Origin: Planctomycetota bacterium
Lineage (GTDB): Bacteria > Planctomycetota > B15-G4 > JADJEK01
Assembly: GCA_044225365.1 (NCBI GenBank)
Contig: JBGAIQ010000053.1
Span: forward strand, 1 to 36,762
Reading direction: 5' to 3'
Length of the DNA: 36,762 nt
The position numbers and the translations under genes are program-made. The notes under the pieces were generated by a model. That model ran no database searches. It saw nothing but the letters and a program-made list of their open reading frames with translations, and was not told where the DNA came from. Shown here piece by piece: positions 17,976-25,492 of the stretch. Numbering within the stretch: position 1 is the stretch's first letter; each line of letters begins with the position of its first letter.

Positions 17976-19028
17976 ATGGGCAAAATGATTCGCAAGGGTC
18001 TGAAGCAACTCGAGCTGGGCGTGAAGAACCCGGCCCAGATGGCGCGAATCGTCGCGTCCGAGGCGAAGTTCCGGCTCGGTATTCCCCAGCTTCGAAGCAT
18101 CGAACTCGCGGTGACGTGGATCTGCAATCTGAAGTGCGAGTTCTGCTACGCCGAAGACTTGATGTACGCCCAGAAGAAGCCGCCACAGATCGAGATCAAG
18201 ACGGTCACGGACCTGCTGGAGCAGGGCAAGAAACTCGGACTCATCCACGTGAACATCACGGGCGGGGAGCCGCTCGTTCGCAAGGACATCTTCGAACTGC
18301 TCGACGCGCTGCCGAAGGACATCGTCGTCTCGATCGTGACGAACAGCACGCTCCTCACGAAGGAGAAGATCGACCGCATGAAGCAGGTCGGCGTGAGCAC
18401 GATCCAGATGAGCTACGGCGACAACTATCACAAGCACTTCAAGCTCGATCTCGCGCGCTACGCTCGCGACCAAGGGATCGGCATCACGCTCTCGGTCGTG
18501 AACATCGAAGCCGAACGGCACAACGTTCTCGCCGCGCTCGAAATGGCGCCCAAGGAGAACTTCTCGGTCCTGTTCAACTATCCGATGCGATACAAGAACA
18601 AGGGCCTCGATTCGGACCTGTACTGGAAGTACCGCTACGAGCCGTACGTTCGCGAGGACAACCTGTTCTGGAGCGGGAAGGATCGCTGCCCTGCGGGCAC
18701 CCAGAAGATCTACGTCACGAACGATGGCGACGTGATGACCTGCGACCGCATCCACGGCTGCTTCGGGAACATCCACCAGGAGAAGCTCGAGCCGATCTGG
18801 CGGAAGATGTACGACCGATTCAAGGACGTGAAGTCGTTCTGCCTGCTCGAGACCTGCCCGAAGCAGTGGGCCGAGAACAACGTCAAGGCGAAGAAGCACT
18901 ACGACCCGTCGATCATCGGCACCGAGGCGGACCCGTTCAACGTCTTCGCCGGCACCCCGTTCGAGAAGGACACGATCCCGCCGTCGGGGATGGCGGCGGC
19001 GATCGCGGCGAGGAAAGCGGCGCTGTAA
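17976..19028 (+). CDS. Radical SAM protein with C-terminal Twitch/SPASM-type domain
   Basis: CNLKCEFC (CxxxCxxC), TGGEP, VTN; C-terminal CPAG...GDVMTC...FGNI...CLLETC. Start taken at MGKMIRK. Confidence 0.9.
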   Translation: MGKMIRKGLKQLELGVKNPAQMARIVASEAKFRLGIPQLRSIELAVTWICNLKCEFCYAEDLMYAQKKPPQIEIKTVTDLLEQGKKLGLIHVNITGGEPLVRKDIFELLDALPKDIVVSIVTNSTLLTKEKIDRMKQVGVSTIQMSYGDNYHKHFKLDLARYARDQGIGITLSVVNIEAERHNVLAALEMAPKENFSVLFNYPMRYKNKGLDSDLYWKYRYEPYVREDNLFWSGKDRCPAGTQKIYVTNDGDVMTCDRIHGCFGNIHQEKLEPIWRKMYDRFKDVKSFCLLETCPKQWAENNVKAKKHYDPSIIGTEADPFNVFAGTPFEKDTIPPSGMAAAIAARKAAL

Positions 19029-19032
19029 GCGA

Positions 19033-19204
19033 GGAGCGCCGGGCTCTGCCCGGCAATGGTATGGGATGCCGAGCTGGAGCTCGGCGGTCCGATGGAGAGC
19101 AATGAGAAGAGATGCCGAGCTGGAGCTCGGCGGTCCGGTCGGATGGGGAGCGCCGGGCTCTGCCCGGCAATGGTATGGTATGCGGTACTGGAGTTCGGCG
19201 GTCC
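19033..19204. repeat. REP cluster (5 palindromes), BIME/REPIN-like
   Basis: GGAGC-GCCGGGCTCTGCCCGGC at 19033-19054 and 19147-19168. GCCGAGCTGGAGCTCGGC-GGTCC at 19068-19090 and 19114-19136, with a degenerate copy at 19182-19204. Linker AATGGTATGG(G/T)AT occurs twice. Confidence 0.92.
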
Positions 19205-19237
19205 GGCCGCGCCAACGTTCCTCGAGTGGAGGGAAGA

Positions 19238-19744
19238 GTGAAGGGTCGATCTTTCCCCAAGCGGATCAAGGCGATCGCACTCGGTCTTGGGCTCGGCGTC
19301 GCGCTCTGCGTCGGGTTGCTCGCGTTGGTCGGCGCGTGCTTGTTTCCCTCGATGGGGAAGATCGCTCCGCAGGCCACGTTCATGGGCCGCGTCGAGAGCG
19401 ATCGGCGCCTCGGCATCTCGACGAACGGCACGACGGTCCGCGCCATGGAACTCATCGCCCTAAATTTCACGATCGTTCCCCTCGGCTCAGTGTTGCGCAT
19501 CGACTGTGACCGCGAAGTCTTCGACGAATTCGTCCTTCGCCGTCACCTCGAGAAGACAAGCCGGGAAGCCGTAGTCGACATCTTCGATCAACAGGCGACT
19601 CCCTGGGCTGTCGCGGCGCACCGCGCGAGCGAGGTGCGCGCGACGCCCGGTTTCGAACCGACCCAGTGGGGCCGCGATGCGGTCGCGTGCTTCTACGACG
19701 ATCCCGCGAAGCAGATGTTCGTGGTGGAGCAGCAGTGGCCATGA
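19238..19744 (+). CDS. Hypothetical membrane-anchored protein
   Basis: GTG start after a GGAGGG SD; basic N-terminus plus one TM segment (AIALGLGLGVALCVGLLALVGACL). The ORF-track upstream part lies in the REP cluster. Confidence 0.6.
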   Translation: MKGRSFPKRIKAIALGLGLGVALCVGLLALVGACLFPSMGKIAPQATFMGRVESDRRLGISTNGTTVRAMELIALNFTIVPLGSVLRIDCDREVFDEFVLRRHLEKTSREAVVDIFDQQATPWAVAAHRASEVRATPGFEPTQWGRDAVACFYDDPAKQMFVVEQQWP

Positions 19745-19749
19745 TGGAA

Positions 19750-19807
19750 GGAGCGCCGGGCTCCGCCCGGTTGTCTTAATGAATGCCGAGCTGGAGCTCG
19801 GCGGTCC
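19750..19807. repeat. Inverted REP doublet (REPIN-like) between convergent genes
   Basis: GGAGC-GCCGGGCTCCGCCCGGT (19750-19771), 13-nt spacer, GCCGAGCTGGAGCTCGGC-GGTCC (19785-19807). Confidence 0.88.
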
Positions 19808-19812
19808 CAGGG

Positions 19813-21165
19813 TCACCGGGGGTGGACGTCGATCCCGTCGCGCTTCAGATCGTCGTCGCTCGCCGTGCTCGCGACGGTGCGCGCGGGGTGTTCGTACCAA
19901 CCGGGGTCCTTGCCCGGCTCGATCGTCGCGCGCACCTTCAGGATCGTGAACATCCCGCCCATCGTGATGTAGCCGAACGGGCCCTTGCCGCCCATCATCG
20001 GCAGACTGTTCGGCGGGACGTCGGTGCTCATTTCCATCCCGGGCATCTTCATCCCCGGCATGTCCGGCATGGGCGCGTCCTCGCCGCTCGATGTGAACGC
20101 GGGCACGTTCTTCGCGATCTTCTCGTCGAAGAGCGAGGGATCGACCCCAATGAGGTTGGGAATGCCGTGTCCCATCTGCGTCATGACGTGATGGGTCATG
20201 TGGCAGTGGAACGGCCAGTCGCCGAGCTGGTCGGCGACGAATTCGATCGTGCGGGTGCTTCCGACGGGGACGAGGGTGGTGACCTCCCGCCAACGCGCTT
20301 CCTGGCGCAGCGTGCCGCCGTCGGTCGCGACGATCTCGAAGGCGTGACCGTGGAGATGCATCGGGTGATGATCCATCGCGGAGAGATTGCCGATGCGGAT
20401 CCGCACGCGATCGCCCTGCTTCACGACCATCGGCAAAGTCGCGGGGAAGATCGTGGCGTTGAGCGTGAGGACGTTGAAGTCCGTCATCTCGTTCGGGTCG
20501 GGGCGGCGCGTGCCCGGAGTGATCTTCCACTCGGAGAGCAGGTAGACGAAATCGTGGTCGACGGGAGTGCCCGAGAGTTCCTCGGGCCGCCGGGGATGCA
20601 CCACGAACATGCCCATCATGCCCATCGCCATCTGGGTCATCTCGTCGTGATGGGAGTGGTACATGAACGTGCCGTGCTGGCGGAGCTGGAACTCGTACTT
20701 GAACGTCTCGCCGGGCGCGATCGCGCGCTGCGAGAGTCCGCCGACGCCGTCCATGCCGTTCGGCACGACGAGACCGTGCCAATGCACCGAGGTCGCCGTG
20801 TCGAGGCGGTTCGTTACGTAGATGCGAACGCGATCGCCCTCGACGGCCTCGATCGTGGGGCCGTGGACGCGGCCGTTGAATCCCCAGCATTCGGCTTCGA
20901 GGCCGGGGGCAAAGGTATGCGCCACGGGCTCGGCGATGAGGTGGAAGATCTTGATGCCGTCGATGACTTTGTAGGGCAGAGTCGCGCCGTTCGGCGTCGT
21001 GCTCGGCATGTAGTCCTGACCGGGCTCGCCCGGAGCGAGGTCTCCGTCCGCGGGCGTCAGTGTCGAAGACGCGAGCATCGCATTCGCCGAGCGCGCCGTG
21101 AGGAGCGCCGCGGCCGTGCCCGACACGAGACTCGAGCGCAGGAAGACTCGTCGAGATGAGGTCAT
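19813..21165 (-). CDS. Tat-exported multicopper oxidase (copper-resistance type)
   Basis: SRRVFL Tat motif; HWHG, YHSH, HPMHLHGH and HCHMTHHVMTQM copper ligands; Met-rich C-terminal region. Confidence 0.95.
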   Translation of the reverse strand: MTSSRRVFLRSSLVSGTAAALLTARSANAMLASSTLTPADGDLAPGEPGQDYMPSTTPNGATLPYKVIDGIKIFHLIAEPVAHTFAPGLEAECWGFNGRVHGPTIEAVEGDRVRIYVTNRLDTATSVHWHGLVVPNGMDGVGGLSQRAIAPGETFKYEFQLRQHGTFMYHSHHDEMTQMAMGMMGMFVVHPRRPEELSGTPVDHDFVYLLSEWKITPGTRRPDPNEMTDFNVLTLNATIFPATLPMVVKQGDRVRIRIGNLSAMDHHPMHLHGHAFEIVATDGGTLRQEARWREVTTLVPVGSTRTIEFVADQLGDWPFHCHMTHHVMTQMGHGIPNLIGVDPSLFDEKIAKNVPAFTSSGEDAPMPDMPGMKMPGMEMSTDVPPNSLPMMGGKGPFGYITMGGMFTILKVRATIEPGKDPGWYEHPARTVASTASDDDLKRDGIDVHPR

Positions 21166-22547
21166 GAGTTGCCTCGGTGTCCTTGTGCGAGCGCGCCCTG
21201 CAGGAGTTCGTCGAGATCGACCCGCGCGAACCAGGCGTCGCGCAATGTCGTGATGGTCTCGCGCTTGGCATCCATCTCGCGATGCCGCGCCTCGAGGACG
21301 TCGAACGCGCCGATCTGCATGGCGTTGTAGTTTTGCAGGGTCTCGTGGACGAATCGATCGAGCGCGGGAAGCAGTTCCTCGCGCAGGGCCTTCGCGCGCG
21401 CCGCGAGCGACGTCGCGCGATCGCGCAAGCGGCGCGATTCGATCTCGATCTGCGTCGCGATCTCGGTCTGCGCGCGCAAGCGTTCACGCAACCGAATGCC
21501 GGCGTACGCGACGCGCGCGGCGCCGGTATCGAAGACGGGGATGCCGAGTGCGATCGACGGCCCGAGCCCGACTTCGCCGCCGGTCTCGCGTTTCCCCACG
21601 ATGCCGGCGTCGAACTGCGGAACGATGGACTGGCGTGACGCCAGAGCGGCCGTGCGGTTCGCCGCTTCGATCTCCGCGCCGACTTTCTCGAGGTCGAGGC
21701 TCGAAGCAACGGCCCGCGTCTCGATGTCTTCGAGATTCAACCCCGCGAGAGGATCGCTGCCGAGTTCGCCCACGACCTTCCAATGCGTTTCGTCGCCTCG
21801 CAGCCCGAGCAGGAGATCGAGGTTCGCACGCTCCTCGCGGGCTTCGAGCTGTGCCGCCGCGAGATCGAGCTTGGCGCGAGACACCGCCGCCGCTTCGTTC
21901 GAGACGTTCGGGGCGGGGACGTTTCCTGCCGCGTGGAGCTTCTCCATGAGTTCGAAGGAAGCCTGCGCCGCCGAGACAACCTCGCGTGCGAGGGCTTCCT
22001 GCTGCTGCGTCGCCTGCACCGCGACGATCGTGCGCCGCACCTCGTGGACGAGATGCACGATCTCACGCGTGACCTCGGCCTTGGTCGCGACGAATTGCGA
22101 TTCCGCGACGCTCTTGCGCAAAGGCACGAGGAAGACGTCGAGGATCGATTGCGACAATCCGAATTCGACTTCGGGTCCTGCGGAGAAGAACTTCGTGTTC
22201 GCGGTGATGAGCGGGTTCGAGAGCAGACCGGCCTGGACGAGTTCGAGACGACGCAGACCGAGCTGCTCGAGCGTGACTCGCAACGCAGGATTGTTGACGA
22301 GCGCGATTCGAACCGCGCACTCCTCGTCGAGATCGTGCGCGAGCAGGGCCTTGATCTCTTCCACGACCGCTTCGTCCGAATCCTGCGGCGACGCGATCCG
22401 CGCCGTCGTTCCGATCCGATCGCGGGCCTCCTGCGCGACGTGCTCGGCGTCGTCCTTCAGATCCTCATCGATCGATCGACAACCGACGAATGCGACAGGG
22501 CCGACGAGAGCGACGAAGGAAAGTGCGATCGCGTGGCGAAACCTCAT
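21162..22547 (-). CDS. TolC/outer-membrane efflux family lipoprotein (copper-associated)
   Basis: Start MRFRHAIAL, lipobox FVG-C; ALVNNPAL, QAGLLSNP, LGIPVFD and YNAMQIGAFDVL are typical of the OEP family. 4-nt overlaps with both neighbours. Confidence 0.9.
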   Translation of the reverse strand: MRFRHAIALSFVALVGPVAFVGCRSIDEDLKDDAEHVAQEARDRIGTTARIASPQDSDEAVVEEIKALLAHDLDEECAVRIALVNNPALRVTLEQLGLRRLELVQAGLLSNPLITANTKFFSAGPEVEFGLSQSILDVFLVPLRKSVAESQFVATKAEVTREIVHLVHEVRRTIVAVQATQQQEALAREVVSAAQASFELMEKLHAAGNVPAPNVSNEAAAVSRAKLDLAAAQLEAREERANLDLLLGLRGDETHWKVVGELGSDPLAGLNLEDIETRAVASSLDLEKVGAEIEAANRTAALASRQSIVPQFDAGIVGKRETGGEVGLGPSIALGIPVFDTGAARVAYAGIRLRERLRAQTEIATQIEIESRRLRDRATSLAARAKALREELLPALDRFVHETLQNYNAMQIGAFDVLEARHREMDAKRETITTLRDAWFARVDLDELLQGALAQGHRGNS

Positions 22548-23251
22548 CCGTGCGACTTGTCCGCGGCCGCCTCGGGAGAGAGCGCCTTCGCCTTCGCGAG
22601 GATGGCCGCCGGGTCCTTCTTCACCGCATCGACGCAATCCTGCGACGAGAGATGGACCAGCGTGTTGCCGACGAGGCAGAACGTATTGCGGGCGACGGGC
22701 TCACCGGTGATGGGACAGGTCTTGTTCTTCAGATCGACGATGGCGGGGTTCTGCACCTTCGCGAGCACGATCTGATCGTCGGCGCGGACTCTCTCGAGGC
22801 AGTCCTCGCAGCACACCTCGATCTCGACTCCCTGTACCGTCACGGTCGGAGAGCCTTGCGAGATCGGATCGCCCATGATCGGGCAGGTCGTCAGATTCGC
22901 TTTCTTGACGACGGGGTATGCGGTCTCGATCGCCTTCTGGACGTCGTCGAGGACCGGCTGGTTACAGCTCTTGCAGCAGACGTAGATGCGGCCGCGCGGA
23001 GTCTCGACGAAGAGCTGTCCGGAAACGGGCTTGCCCATGATCGGGCACGTTGCGTTCGGGAAGGTCGGAACGGTGACGACGAGTTCGGGCTTGCTCGCGT
23101 TCGCCGCGGCGAGCCCCGATTCGTTCGCGGTCGTCGCCGTCGATGCCGTCTTGGCCACGACTCGCGGCGCGGCGGGCTGCGACGTAGGGCTCGCGCAAGC
23201 GCAGATCGAAGCGAGGAGTCCACTCGTGAGCAGGAGCTTCAGGACGTTCAT
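22544..23251 (-). CDS. Lipoprotein with three YHS/TRASH-like metal-binding repeats
   Basis: GGAGG SD, lipobox ICA-C; repeats TCPIMG...CCKSC, TCPIMG...CCEDC and TCPITG...SSQDC. Confidence 0.8.
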   Translation of the reverse strand: MNVLKLLLTSGLLASICACASPTSQPAAPRVVAKTASTATTANESGLAAANASKPELVVTVPTFPNATCPIMGKPVSGQLFVETPRGRIYVCCKSCNQPVLDDVQKAIETAYPVVKKANLTTCPIMGDPISQGSPTVTVQGVEIEVCCEDCLERVRADDQIVLAKVQNPAIVDLKNKTCPITGEPVARNTFCLVGNTLVHLSSQDCVDAVKKDPAAILAKAKALSPEAAADKSHG

Positions 23252-23461
23252 GGCGATTGCCTCCATACCGTCATCGACACACCGACGCTCGTTCTTCGAG
23301 CCGCGAATTCCGTTCGGATGGACGAATTCGCGAAGTCGACGTCGTTTCGATGCGCTCGAGCCTCCCAGGTTAGCCGCCTCGCGGGCATTTCACAGAATGG
23401 GATCCCAAGGGTTCGACGTGGGCACTTCTTCCCTCGTCGTCGTTCGCTTATGTTGCGGTCG

Positions 23462-24424
23462 ATGCTCGAAACCCCTGCCATTTCCGTTCGTGGACTCGTG
23501 AAACAGTTCGAGAAACTGCGCGCCGTCGATGGACTCTCCCTCGAGGTCGTGCGTGGCGAATGCGTCGGACTCCTCGGTCCGAACGGCGCTGGCAAGACGA
23601 CGACGATCGAGATCCTCGAAGGGATCCAGCAGCCGACGTCCGGCGAGGTCACCATTCTGGGAATGGATTACAAGTCCCAGGGCGCGGAGATCCGGCGGCG
23701 CATCGGGATCCAGCTCCAGGAAACGCGGCTCTACGAGAAGTTCACCGTCGAGGAGACCGTGAAGACCTTCCGCTCGTTCTACGACCGCAAGAAATCGGTC
23801 GAGGAGGTCCTCGCAATCGTCGGTCTCTTGGACAAACGGGATGCGTGGATCGAGAAGCTGTCGGGCGGTCAGAAGCAGCGCCTCGCGCTCGCATGCGCCC
23901 TCGTCGGCGATCCCGAGCTGGTCTTCCTCGACGAGCCGAGCACCGGTCTCGATCCCGCGGCACGCCGCTCCGTGTGGGAGATCGTGCAGCGTTTGAAGTC
24001 GCAGGGCCGTACGGTCCTCATCACGACGCATTACATGGAAGAGGCCGAGATCCTCTGCGATCGCATCGTGATCGTGAACAAGGGCAAGATCATCGCCGAG
24101 GGCACGCCGTCCGCACTCATCGCCGAACTCGGCGCCGCCGAGATCATCGAGATCGAGACCACGCCGAGGGCGAACGAGGCCGAGATCGTCACGTTGCCCG
24201 GCGTCGTCGCCGTCTCGCAGGACGGAAACACGACGCGGCTCACGGTTCGGGAGATCCATGTCACCGTTCCCGCGCTGCTCGATCACTTGAAGAATCGTGG
24301 TCTCACGATGCAGCGCCTCAACACCCGCCGCGCGACGCTCGACGACGTTTTCTTGAAGCACGCCGGCACCACGCTCGAAGCCGCCGAGTCCGGAGTGCGC
24401 GGGCCGCAGGAGGCCGCGTCATGA
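23462..24424 (+). CDS. ABC transporter ATP-binding protein (DrrA/CcmA-like exporter)
   Basis: GPNGAGKTT, LSGGQKQR, LVFLDEP, TTHYMEEA. Start at 23462 (or 23450). Confidence 0.95.
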   Translation: MLETPAISVRGLVKQFEKLRAVDGLSLEVVRGECVGLLGPNGAGKTTTIEILEGIQQPTSGEVTILGMDYKSQGAEIRRRIGIQLQETRLYEKFTVEETVKTFRSFYDRKKSVEEVLAIVGLLDKRDAWIEKLSGGQKQRLALACALVGDPELVFLDEPSTGLDPAARRSVWEIVQRLKSQGRTVLITTHYMEEAEILCDRIVIVNKGKIIAEGTPSALIAELGAAEIIEIETTPRANEAEIVTLPGVVAVSQDGNTTRLTVREIHVTVPALLDHLKNRGLTMQRLNTRRATLDDVFLKHAGTTLEAAESGVRGPQEAAS

Positions 24425-25452
24425 GCGACGGGATCTTCGACCATCCGGTCGCGCTGCTCGTCCGCGAGCGCTGGCGCGAGTTCATGCGTGAGCCCGGCGT
24501 GCTGTTCTGGACCTTCGGATTCCCGATCCTGCTCGTGATCGTGTTGTCGCTCGCGTTTCGCGGCAGCGGACCCGAGAAGAAGACGATCGCAGTCGTCGAC
24601 ATCGAAGGAGCCGAGAGCATCGCCGCGCAGATCGATGCCTCCGACGCGCTCACTGCCAAGCGTCTATCGGAGAGCGAGGCCCGCAAAGCGCTGAAGGAAG
24701 GCCGCGCGGGCCTCATCGTCGTGCCAGGCACATCGCCCTCGTTCATCCAGGACGAGACGAAACCCGATGCGGCCATCGTGTCCGCGGCCGTGCGCGAAGC
24801 GCTCGCGGGACGCAAGGGCGAAGCGATCGCGGTCGAGAAGGTCTCCGCGCAGGGCCAGCGCTACGTGGACTTCCTGTTGCCCGGCATGATCGGGATGACG
24901 TTGCTCAACGGCGGCGCATGGGGTGTGGGCTACGGCCTCATCCTGATGCGGACGCGAAAGCTGCTGAAGCGCCTGTGTGCGACTCCGATGAGGCGTTCGC
25001 ACCTCCTCGGCGCATACCTCATCTTCCGCATCTTCATGTCGTTGTCCGAGACGTTCGTGCTGCTCGTGATCGGCGTGCTCGCATTCCACATGCAGATCGC
25101 CGGGAGTTTCCTTGGCCTCCTTCTCCTCGTCACGTTGTCGGCCTTGAGCTTCGGCGGCCTCGGATTGCTTTGCGCGGCAAAGGCCGAGAATCCGCAAACG
25201 GGAAACGGCTACGTCAACCTGGCGACGATCCCGATGCTCCTGCTCTCGGGCGTGTTCTTCAGCGCGAAGAACTTCCCCGACTGGATGCGCGCATTCATCG
25301 ACCTGCTGCCGCTCACGGCGTTCAACGACGCGCTGCGCGCGATCGTGAACGACGGCGCGACGCTCTCCGCCGTGGCGCCGCAATGCGCCGTTCTCGCGGT
25401 GTGGGGCGTGGTGTGCTTCGCCTTCGCATTGCGGATCTTCAAGTGGTCGTAA
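24421..25452 (+). CDS. ABC-2 type permease
   Basis: Start MSDGIFD with ATGA overlap; REPGVLFWTFGFP, YVDFLLPG, LKRLCATP, LSGVFF and LPLT motifs. Confidence 0.92.
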   Translation: MSDGIFDHPVALLVRERWREFMREPGVLFWTFGFPILLVIVLSLAFRGSGPEKKTIAVVDIEGAESIAAQIDASDALTAKRLSESEARKALKEGRAGLIVVPGTSPSFIQDETKPDAAIVSAAVREALAGRKGEAIAVEKVSAQGQRYVDFLLPGMIGMTLLNGGAWGVGYGLILMRTRKLLKRLCATPMRRSHLLGAYLIFRIFMSLSETFVLLVIGVLAFHMQIAGSFLGLLLLVTLSALSFGGLGLLCAAKAENPQTGNGYVNLATIPMLLLSGVFFSAKNFPDWMRAFIDLLPLTAFNDALRAIVNDGATLSAVAPQCAVLAVWGVVCFAFALRIFKWS

Positions 25453-25462
25453 GGAAGAAGAT

Positions 25463-25486
25463 GCCGCGCTGGAGCGCGGCGGTTCC
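25463..25486. repeat. Single REP palindrome between convergent genes
   Basis: GCCGCGCTGGAGCGCGGC-GGTTCC; core identical to the copies at 371 and 435. Confidence 0.85.
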
Positions 25487-25492
25487 GGAGAT

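Noticed and set aside
17833-17988. Short ORF (MKLLLDGYDS...) as a RiPP precursor for the radical SAM/SPASM enzyme
   Set aside because: No SD, atypical codon usage, overlaps the radical SAM start, no leader/core pattern, and no RRE, peptidase or transporter adjacent.
19033-19204. CRISPR array or small repeat-peptide ORFs (e.g. 19056..19241, 19066..19509)
   Set aside because: Units alternate in orientation and the linkers repeat rather than being unique spacers. The ORFs are translations of REP DNA.
22490-23461. Long N-terminal extension of the ABC ATPase (644-aa ORF), and similar extensions of sppA, the permease and DAO
   Set aside because: They overlap well-supported genes in other frames or on the other strand. 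Open frames of this kind are expected in high-GC DNA.
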